64,000 nt of DNA from assembly GCA_949358305.1 (NCBI GenBank), contig OX442314.1, positions 19,530,001 to 19,594,000 of the forward strand, written 5' to 3'. The notes under the pieces are model-generated. The model saw nothing but the letters and a program-made list of their open reading frames with translations. It did no database searches and was not told the DNA's origin. The DNA is from Strigamia acuminata. Taxonomy: Eukaryota. Shown one piece after another: positions 53,401-62,504 of this stretch (its first letter is position 1; each line of letters opens with the position of its first letter). The translations under genes and the position numbers were made by a program.

Positions 53401-56400
53401 TGTGTGTGTATGTGTGTGTGTGTGTGCTTTGATGATTGACGCATGCGCAGTGTCAGCGAACTTTCACACAAGTCAGTAGTGCGCGCTCATGTTGGCTCGC
53501 GATCGCACGGACGCGTTACCCTTGCCTGAAGACGCCATGTGCGGCTCGAGGGCCACTTTTAGTGTAATGAGATTATGTCTTAATTTGCCTTGGGCCATTG
53601 CCACTTGCCAGGTAAAAAATTCTTTTAATATGGAAGTGTTTAATTGTGTTGGGGATTCTGGATGTTGCCACATGGTTTGCAGCATCCAGTTTGAAGTTCA
53701 GATTTATCTTTCTTGTTTGTTGTTTTGCGTCTTTCGTTGGGTTATTTAAACGTTGTTTCGCTGGGAAATGTGTAATTAATGTTTGTTTAATATGGTTTTA
53801 TATGTAGATAAATATAAGCGACTTTTAATATTATACGGCTAATTAAGATTGAAATTAGTTAATGAAATATGACGTGTTGGGTAACCTTCTCTACATCGGA
53901 CAGTTGATAAATTAGAATGGGAATTCGTGCAGACAAGGGATTGGTTTTAATATTAATGTATATATTATTTTAAATGGCATTTTCTTTACCGCAAATTGTT
54001 AATTTGCTTCACGAAATCTCGAATACCAAAAAGGGACGATTTTGACGTAGCAAACAGTTCTAAATTTTATATTATTGTGGTATTATTATAGTGTAGGACA
54101 GTGACAAACTTTATTGATCATCTTCAGACAAACTTTATTGATCATCTGCAGTATGAAAAGTTTTTAAATTGTGGTTTACACATTTATATTTTCTTTTTCG
54201 TTTGGATAAATACGTGCTAAATTTTTCGTCAACATAGGTATTTGCATTTGAAATCGTTTAAAAACCATTCGGTAGATCGAATCTGGCGACGTCACTAGTC
54301 AGATGATGCAACACACGGAAGCAAAATCTTCTTTTCGATCTGACGTAAAAACTAGTTCTTTTAGGAAATTAGAGATTTTTTTTAATTAAAAAAAATATTA
54401 AACGGGTTCCTATCGTCTTTGCAGTACACTTGACCTTTAATTTAATTAAACCTTAAATTAGGAAGTACAAACTCAACAAATTCACAAAAAAAATTATTTT
54501 TCTTATCTTCGTCTGGATCATGATTCGTGATTTCAGCGTCTCCCTTCCCTTTCCCAGAATTATCTCCCAAAACAAATTCCATTATTTAACAATTGATTTA
54601 AAACACGCGGAATTTGTATCTCCGTTTTGGACAATTGTTTTCGTAGCTTGAATTCATACTAAAATCGCTATCTCTGAATGATACGTGCGCTATGAAGTGG
54701 GAAGTTGGGAATTACATGCGGATGAAGATAAGTGACCTTATTTTAAACGTGGCCACGCTCTATTTATTTTCTTCGCATTACCGTAAGCTGAACAGTAGTT
54801 GGAACTGATTGGAGAGCGAAGGACACATCAAGATGAAAATGCAATTCTTATCGAATTTTAATAACGTTGCAAATTGCAATAACCATCTTCCAGCAAAAAC
54901 AAAAGGTTATAGGCAATTAGTTAGTATTATTATTATTTCGTGCATTATTAAACATGTCATTTATCTACAAGTGTAGTTAAATGTTACGAGCATTTAACAA
55001 CTTTGGGTGTGGTGCAATGCAGCCAAGTGTATCGGTAAAATTGCGGGGAGTCGGTGAAATAACCTTGGACAATTGCATTGTTAAACCGATATCTGGAAGA
55101 GAGGTGACGTGACGACACATAACAATTAGGAATTTGATCGTAAAACGTGCAGTTAGAGAACCACGCGTGTTTTTATTTTATTGGGTGTAAACAAAAATAT
55201 TTTGCCACTGTAAAAACAAGTGTGAATATTGAGGCTTTGTGGGTAAATAAAAGGAATTTTTGATTTTATGGTGTAAAGAAAGTTGCCGAGCAAGAAGCGA
55301 CTTTGTATGAATAACATTTGCATTTAAGTTAGAAACTTATAAAACAAGATCAATCTGTTTGAAAAAGGAAAACAATCTGTATGACACAATTTAATGAAAT
55401 ATTAGCGTACTAAATTTGCGTTTAACTACAACTACGCAATAAAAGTTAAGTTAGCTGAATACCTCGTAAACAAAATTGGTGTGTAAACACTTAATATCAA
55501 TCTGTTGATGGTGTAGATTTAGTTTGAGACATCAATTTATTGATCGTGTTATTGCATAAATTCAGTAACCAATGGAGACAACAGCTTGCAACACCTTTGA
55601 TTAATCGGTCAATATTTATTATAGATTTCTTTTTATCTCTTTTTGAAACGGGTTTTTACCGTTGACACAACCGGGTGTAATTAGAGTTGATGTGATCCAA
55701 TTTCAACTGCATTGTTTTAATGGGTGGTTTTAAATGCACGGTTTTGGATATATAAACGCAGTGGGTAATCTAATTATTTTTTATAGGTAAACCAATAATT
55801 TTATGCTTTACAGAACGCGGGGAAAGTTGGTTAATAAATTTGCAGTAACTCGGAGTGAATGAGTTGGAATATGAATGTGCGCATGTCAATCAAGATGATC
55901 TTTTTAGAGACAAACTTTGTGGCGGAACGGAAAAGAAAAGGAAAGAAAAGAAAAGAGAAAAAGCCATTAAAAAATATTTGAGGAATCGAAAAGCGTTTTT
56001 TTTTTTTTTTTTTTTTTTGTTGTTTTGTTGAAAGGATTTAGTTGGTAAGGGAGGAGAATTGGTGTCACTAATGGTCTTATTGCATCACCATTTATCCTTT
56101 CTTGAAAAGACTGAAGATAGTTGTCACATGTTGATTGGACTGGTGTGTTGATGCTGATGGGATTGCCACTTGTCAATATCATGTGCTTCTCTGCAGTACA
56201 ATGTGTCTTCATCGGATTTCCAAGGCAATAAGCAATTTGGAAAAGTAATGAAAGGTTTATAAACAAATGACTTTTTTTAAAAAAAAAAAAAAATTTTAAA
56301 TAAAAATTTAAACAAAACTAAATATCTGGAGAGAAAATATTTAAATTAATTACAAATTAAATGCTAAAATAATAGTTTATGTGGTCAAATTGAGATTGGC

Positions 56401-57859
56401 TGATTACCGACAAACATGTCAAGAGAATAAGATTTATTATAGCGCTGTCTAGGTAATGCGCACTAGTCTAATAGTAAAGTAAAAAAAACAAAAGGATAGT
56501 CGAGTGGTGCGGTGTTACATCAGAGACAATGAGACATGGCCAAGTATAAATAAATCAAATGTAAGTAAGACGCTGCAGAAAATTGTATTCTGTGGTTAAT
56601 ATATCTGCACAATTGAGAGCATTAATCAGTAACAGATACTTGTAATTTGCGAGAAATTGACTACATGATGTTTGCATGGTTTCCTTGCAATTATTTGCAT
56701 GGATAGAAATTGTTGAAAAGTCTTATTTTTTCACCCTATTTAACAAGTTGAAAACGTGGCATTAAGCATGAACTCAAGATTTTAATTGGTGAATTAATTT
56801 ATAGAACTTTTGTTGACGTTGACATTAAATGGCAGTTTGAAGAGCCGCGCAGATCCGATTGAAATAAGTCTTAACCTATGTTTAATTGCTTTGTTTAACT
56901 GTCCTGCCTGATTAGGCACCTAATTAACGTAAAAGGTTATACAGAAGCGTGCTTTCTCTCTTCTGTTGCACTTAAAATTCACTCGCATTGAAAAGTTCTA
57001 CACGAGTGGAAAGGATTCTAATGTGTGCGAAATCTCTTAAATTTTTTCTTAGAAAATCGCAGAGACAAGGAAAAAATGATATTTCAGTCTTAGCGCTCAT
57101 TTCTTTCATTCGTTTTTCATCTTTTTTTATTTAAAAAAAATTGTCAAGTTCAGATGTGGGTTTCGTGTGTAGTGATTTATTTTTTCTTTCATACATTTGC
57201 ACGCAATTTGTAATTATCTTGGAAATGAAGAGAAAATGACAGCTATTTTGCAGAGCAGAGGTTTCTGTGAGAAGTGGAATTTTTATGCAAAGTTGCACAA
57301 CATGAGAAGGGGCGGGAAGCTTAATGTTTAATTGTTTTATTTTATGGTTATGTGCATTTTGGTTAATTTAGTAAAAGGGCTCTTGGTGGTTGTAACTTGG
57401 GATTATAAACCATAAAAGCATCTATCTTAGTTGATTGCTTTCATCGTTGAAGAGCTTTTTTCTTGTGTGATTATGAAGAGTGAATCAAGTGAAAATTTAA
57501 TTGGGAAATTGAGATTACTCGGGCTCTTACCGGTGGAGTAAGTGAATTGATGATTTCCAACTCTGACGAGATTTTATTATTGTTATTTATCATTATCTTG
57601 TTTTTATAATGCTAAAAAAAAAAATCTAAAATATTATTTTTAAATATTTTTTTTTTAGACTCAAAGAAGTAAAAGTTTAACGCACATTGAATGTGTTGAA
57701 GACGCAATTTGTGATAACATCCAACAAGATTTGGCCAGATTTAATGTGTCCTCGTCTTCTGCAGACGCCGGACTTGTAAGTCAACGTCACTTGGCAGTCA
57801 GTATGGGAGACATCTCTAAAATTGATCAGAGCAGAGGCAAGCTACAAAAATCTATCAAG
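35742..57859 (+). CDS. Long-intron protein-coding gene, unidentified; Ser/basic-rich N-terminal 230 aa, continues past the last identified exon
   Basis: Exons 35742-35939 (phase 0 end), 38356-38452 (phase 1), 44163-44277 (phase 2), 51229-51307 (phase 0), 57659-57859 (phase 0) have pyrimidine-tract AG acceptors and GTAAGT/GTGAGT/GTACGT/GTAAGA/GTGAGT donors and join into one stop-free frame: MDENVSRV...RPKSLSN|VCESSEF...VWEPS|CLAEQTTSISIQSMPAHLNRITEFQDE...SST|NVKRSHSENVK...QQTLE|TQRSKSLTHIEC...HLAVSMGDISKIDQSRGKLQKSIK. Confidence 0.75.
36479..37168 (+). CDS. SAP30BP: SAP30-binding protein-like (HCNGP family), intronless, nested in an intron; probable retrogene
   Basis: 229-aa uninterrupted ORF with HCNGP core LPPEAPGECSPRLQSKIARLYEKKMREGIDMNEFIQNRKDFNNPSIYEKLISFCGIDEYGTNFP...SYYEELAKAQNIEMEK, acidic N-terminus and C-terminal KTTVISAFG; AATAAA and an A-rich tract follow at ~37185-37240. 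Confidence 0.9.
   Translation: MSNFKSSSILGLAYLTSEQSSDDEMDEESISYLVIPEEKDKIATVTPEKEERIVVCETVVSKYDDFDSLLPPEAPGECSPRLQSKIARLYEKKMREGIDMNEFIQNRKDFNNPSIYEKLISFCGIDEYGTNFPRDFPFGPESYYEELAKAQNIEMEKRQKEITEKIKIESLSIAVVASDGETKSKRDMDANSKINEWETPPVSRNKTTVISAFGPISRNTKQKRQHKIW
38356..38452 (+). CDS. Unidentified gene, internal exon
   Basis: tttattttttcag| ... |gtgagt; 97 nt, VCESSEFDFDNKFEPKLYSFSRIEDDHVWEPS. Confidence 0.7.
39354..40668 (+). mobile_element. Decayed virus-/Polinton-like coding island bounded by degenerate direct repeats
   Basis: Visibly more GC- and purine-rich than its flanks, intronless, two frameshifted gene remnants joined by an ATGA stop/start overlap (40076-40079); ~70-bp degenerate direct repeats at 39354-39429 and 40599-40668 sharing gatgtctaatcatt. 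Confidence 0.5.
42388..42547 (+). repeat. Dispersed repeat, copy 1
   Basis: tgcaaaggggcacagtccc ... gagatgaa ... tttggtttgtttattta.atgaggttg ... ctttgttgttgtttgtatttg shared with 59704-59820. Confidence 0.85.
44163..44277 (+). CDS. Unidentified gene, internal exon
   Basis: ttccattctgttgtag| ... |gtacgt; 115 nt, LAEQTTSISIQSMPAHLNRITEFQDEHSPPARPDSST. Confidence 0.75.
44396..44442. repeat. (TA)n microsatellite
   Basis: Directly visible, one interruption. Confidence 0.95.
51229..51307 (+). CDS. Unidentified gene, internal exon
   Basis: tattttcttag| ... gag|gtaaga; 79 nt, VKRSHSENVKSKKSRQYLQLDQQTLE. Confidence 0.75.
53398..53426. repeat. (TG)n microsatellite
   Basis: Directly visible. Confidence 0.95.
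53489..53611 (+). CDS. Candidate alternative first coding exon of the unidentified gene
   Basis: ATG 53489, 41 codons, cag|gtaaaa donor in phase 0 compatible with exon 57659; preceded by NRF1-like CGCATGCGCA (53440-53449) and Inr-like TCAGT (53473-53477); CpG-rich patch. Confidence 0.5.
54103..54147 (+). repeat. Short tandem duplication (24-bp period)
   Basis: gacaaactttattgatcatct occurs twice in tandem. Confidence 0.9.
57659..57859 (+). CDS. Unidentified gene, internal exon
   Basis: poly-T-ag| ... aag|gtgagt; 201 nt, 67 codons without stop. Confidence 0.8.
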
Positions 57860-59703
57860 GTGAGTTATTATCTTGTCTACGATTAATATTGGCATGAAAT
57901 CGGTTTTGAGTTTTATAGTAGTGGTAATATAAGATTTTACGGAACTTATACCTTGTTTGCACCAGAAAGTTTGGGCTAACCTAACATTTAAATCTAGTTC
58001 TACGTAGTTCTTAGTGCAAATGCATCTAACCCAAAGTTATCTAGTTTAAACAATTTTAAACTAGATAATTCTAATCCAGTTGTGTGAACTAGATAATTGC
58101 CAAAGAACTAGATAACTGCCAACGTCACTTCCCACAATTCTAATTAGGGTACTAATAAAATTTATTGGTATTGCCCTTTTAAATAAATTTTAAGTGAGTG
58201 TCTAAAAATCTGAATAAATAGGTGACTAAAACTTGATTTCTGTAAAATTTTGTTTTAGGAATTTTGATTGGTGCTTATTGTGTCTTGAAATTAAATTTAT
58301 TTCTATGCCTGTTAAGAAACAGAACGTTTTGACCTCGCTGCGTTATAAGGTTATAACTGCTGCATAAAGCCTTTTGACTATCTGCAGCGACAACCGACTA
58401 GTGTTGTGTGACCGCTCAATGAGGCCACGAACCCGCTAAATAGCAAAACTGCTTATGTAAAATTAATTACGAAAATATACATTTCAAGCACGCCGTGCAT
58501 GATGTGGTGATTTTTAAATTCGGGTTTAAGAGGTAGGGAGTTTTCCTAAAATATTATTTCTTATTTTGGAGAAATTATATTTACTTATTTTTGTACTTTT
58601 TTACCTGTCTCACTAATTGCTCAAATTAGGGAGTTGCTGCGAAGACTGGGGTTGCTTGCTTGGTTTATAGGAGCTGCCACATTCTGTGAGAGGGAAATTT
58701 TTCTTTAAAGGTTTAGTTTTAAATTGAAATCCAAATGAAACACGTCACACACCACCAGTCAAGCTTCTCAAGTAAAAACTCTGAAACTTCAAGAGTGACG
58801 TGATTTTCCTTGGACATCAGATTAATTCCTGAATAAGTATTATCTACTTATTGGGAACTGCAGTTTTATCATGAGTGTAAGGAAAAAAGGTGAACCTTCA
58901 GAGCGAATCTGAGGGCGAAGTCTACGCCCGGAACGATATGCCATTATATGGTCACTTCACGGACGAGCACCAGACCGAAAATCCCTATAGTACTGCAACA
59001 TTTGTCTGAAAATGTCTTAAATCACTGCGGTACCTGTTGTCAATCTCCATCTACAGGTTTAAAGTAAAAGTTATGGAAACTTTCCGAATCTCTTGAATTG
59101 ATTAACAAGTTTAGATCGCAAAACTTTGCACAATTTATATTTGGTCCACCATATTGATTGAAGAAGCTCATCGGTGAATTTAACTTATAAGTTAGCGCAA
59201 ACCGAATTATAATTGAATTGAGAACCCAGACAACTGTAAGGGCAGTTTGGACGAAAGTCGAGCACGAGGTCAAAGATTTCTCCTATTTTCCGTTTTGATT
59301 ATTTTAACGTTTGAATATCTCTTTATTATGTATATCTTTTTTAGTAACTTACCATTTCTTAAGTTGAGAAAGACATACTTTTAATTTATTTTATTACAAG
59401 GCGGAAGTCTTTGTTATTTATTAGCGGCCTAATAAATAATTAGTTTATGAAATTGAACATCTGGGACTAAGACTAGAAATAGCGTCCCACTTGGAGCAAG
59501 AATAAACCTAAAACTAACCCCTAGACACAAGTGATTGTTTGTGTAAACTTAATAATATTCGAGGTCGCATCACTCGGGGGCCTGGTGGAGATTTATGGTA
59601 ATTTTAATTGAGTTTCGTTTGGATGCTGTCCGAGATTTTTGATAATTTTAGATTTTGATTCTCACTGGGGAGCCCTACCAAGATTCTTTTTTCAAAAAGA
59701 AGA

Positions 59704-59820
59704 AAAAATTGCAAAGGGGCACAGTCCCGAGATGAATAAATATTTGGTTTGTTTATTTAGATGAGGTTGTGTGAGTTGTAAGTGTGGCTTTGTTGTTGTT
59801 TGTATTTGCTGCGAGTATTG
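59704..59820 (+). repeat. Dispersed repeat, copy 2 (internally deleted relative to 42388-42547)
   Basis: Same blocks as copy 1 but lacking the ~45 nt between acagtccc and gagatgaa. Confidence 0.85.
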
Positions 59821-59989
59821 CTCCTTATGTAGTGCGATATATCTTACGTAGTTAGTTATTTTTAGAATTTAAGAATATCCTTTCCTTAGTTAAGTAGTTT
59901 TCTTATTTCCTGTCCTATTTAATAATCCTCATACTAATATCGTCTGACTGTCATCATAAGGAAGCAAAACCAACACAAGGATTTGCCAC

Positions 59990-60960
59990 GAAAAGATTTA
60001 GTTTTCCACGCATTCTACAATTTTCCAAGGATATTATTTATATGCCAAAGCCTGCAAATATTTTCGCATCATCGAACCTCAAGGGGGATGTAGCTATTCT
60101 GGATGCCATCAATAAATCTGGTGTTGTGTTTGGAGTTCTATTTGAACAAATGACAGTTTTTGAAAAAGAAAACTTCAATACATACAACAAGGATTAGGAC
60201 CAGAGGTGGCTCACCATTAGATCTACGATTTTTCAAATTTCCAGAAGACTTATCATCGCAGGAAGCAGCCAAATTGACCAAAACATATGATCATAACTGA
60301 CTGCTAGAAAAAATAGTTACTGTGAATCCTGACAACAAAGTTTGGCCAAGACTTTTCATTAAGGGGAACTAAAGTCCTGTCAATTCACCATTTTTATGAA
60401 CCCACACTTGGTCAGAATGAATCAATTAAATCAATAAAGAATGCATTAACTAGGACTGAAGTAAAAGAATTTAAGCATTTAGTTCAAGTTCAATGAAAAA
60501 GAGTTTTCAAGAAATCAGATATCAAGAAACATTTGGCTTTGGGCAGAAAAAAATTATTTGAAAACGACTATAAAAGGTATAACAGCTGATTGATTTTAGA
60601 ATGGTTATACCAACTGCAGAGCCAAGAAATAGTGTGACATTGCGAAGTTCCTTGCCGACACCAGAACAACAAAGTCCTCAATGCTCAAAGTGGCCATCTA
60701 TTACAACTCAAGAGTATACTAGAATGTACTACTGCTGAATGCTTACAGGTCATAGAGAAGCACTGTTATCAACAACTGGATTTTGCTAATGACGATCGGA
60801 ATACCAAAAAGAGATTGATGGGCCCCAAGAAAGTCATTGATGATGATCCACGATTGATTGCATCGAAAGAATAAGGCAGTGTGTAAGCATGAATGAAAAC
60901 AGGAGCGGAATTTCTAAAGAAGATGCTAAGGAAACGAAAATCCAGCTCACTCATGGCTTT
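59990..60960 (+). pseudogene. Possible decayed retroelement ORF1/gag-like relic
   Basis: Purine-rich, coding-like texture with many stops and frameshifts; ~60720-60770 can be read as a broken CCHC knuckle (YYC...GH-IEKHC after a small indel). Confidence 0.3.
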
Positions 60961-61700
60961 AGATTTTAAGAGGATTTTATATACCAAAATGCAAAAATAA
61001 AATGAAACAAAAACATTTTTATGCATATTTTGGTTTATTTTTCTATAAATTGGGTGCCCCCATTTGGTGTCAGTGACCGCTAGTATCACGATGCGCCACT
61101 GTTGTTACTTTATACAAGTACAGTAAGTGCTTAGAAATCAAGTACGATATTTGTATTTTATCTATTCTACTCTATAAAACTTAATGCTAAAACATTTTGT
61201 CTATATAGAGAAATAGTGTCTCCTTTGAGTATATTTATAACATTGTTTTCTGATGGACAATAAATATTCTTGATGGTAACAGAAAAGTTGGAACCATGTT
61301 GAAACGCTTTGTTTTTGAAAATGTGGAAAGTTAAAAATCACTTTGAGAATTTTGAGATAACTTACAAGAAGCAGTGCCAGCTCCATTTCACAAGTGACGT
61401 AGACAGCTGTTCATGCGCCGACGTGTGGAGGATGCCAAGAATTCCTCACAGAGCACCAAAATACCTTGACAATGTGGCAAAATAAATGTAGCAATTGACC
61501 ACCATTAAATAAATAATAGTAAAACATCATATTGGATCTTATTTTCTGGGAACAAAATGGTTATGTTTATGGGTATCGTCAAAAAGAGCAGATAATTCTG
61601 CACATTGTACTTATGGTATATAAATAAAGGGTCTAAAATTATAAACGAATATTTAAGAGTAATTTTTATTGCCTAAAGGTACTGAAAAAGAATTTTTTTT

Positions 61701-62196
61701 TTGTAACGAATACTTAAAAATGGTTTGGTTGGTTGGTTGGCCATAGAACACCATGTTAAAAAAAAGGAGTTTGTGCTTCAGACTACACGATAGAAGTGAA
61801 ACTTCAAATCTTTAAAAATTGCATCCGAAAATCAAAATGTAATATGAAAATTTGTAATTTTTGTAATTTTAATTTTTAATATTAATGTGGGCGCATTTTT
61901 TTTATCATCAGCTTTTTACGGTTTCGATGTTAATGTCTCAAAAATTTGATACTGCGCACACTACCGCGCACCCAAACTCGCTCGCACATCATCGCGCACG
62001 CTTCTGCGTTCACGTTGTCATAGTTACTTCCGTTACGTTTCCCGTCACATTCCAAGGTCATTCGGAATCGGAATCACGCCTACCTGTCACGCCTATCGTG
62101 CCAAAAATATTTCACTTCAAAAAATTTGATATAACGAATTTTTGTTATAACCGATTTCTCGGGTCTTTTGCGATTCGTTGTAACGAGTCTCGAATG
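61701..62196 (-). mobile_element. Third copy of the 11580/34645 pogo-like MITE family, reverse orientation, split by an insertion
   Basis: 61701-61765 (ggttggttggccatagaaca) and 62119-62196 (gatataacgaa ... gggtcttttgcgattcgttgtaacgagtctcgaatg|TA) are contiguous parts of the reverse complement of 34645-34823. Confidence 0.8.
61766..62118 (-). mobile_element. Helentron-associated (HINE-like) non-autonomous element
   Basis: Inserted in an A/T run with no distinct TSD; subterminal inverted repeats cacgatagaagtga / tcacgcctatcgtg set in from both ends; short imperfect hairpin agtttgtgcttcagact at one end. Confidence 0.5.
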
Positions 62197-62301
62197 TACC
62201 AAACTTAAAGAATCCTTTTAACTTTTCCTGTATTTTTCAACAAAAAAATTGAGCTTTTAAGTTCTTTTCTAATTCTAGACATTTTATTTATAATTTATGT
62301 A

Positions 62302-62504
62302 AGGAAGCGTCTATAAATGATGCCACATTTTTTTGCCAGAGTTTTATGAAATTTTGTCAAAATTTTGTAAATATTTGTGATAATTTGCACAAATTTTGTT
62401 AAAATATGACGTCACAAATTACTGAACCCCCAACCCTCTTCCCCCTTCTTCATGACACAATGTATCAGGTCATTGGTGTCTGACGTCATTTATGTGCGTG
62501 TGCT
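62302..62504. mobile_element. Degenerate PIF/Harbinger-like MITE
   Basis: aggaagcgtctataaatgatgcca ... tgacgtcatttatgtgcgtgtgct inverted ends with TAA-like flanks. Confidence 0.6.

Noticed and set aside
55967..56266. Minus-strand 99-aa ORF
   Set aside because: No recognisable motif or splice signals; ends in a poly-Lys derived from a T run.
58870..59060. Possible extra exon (MVTSRTSTRPKIP...SPST, cag|gtttaa)
   Set aside because: Weak donor, no clear acceptor, and phase 1 does not fit the phase-0 end of exon 57859; cannot be supported without RNA data.
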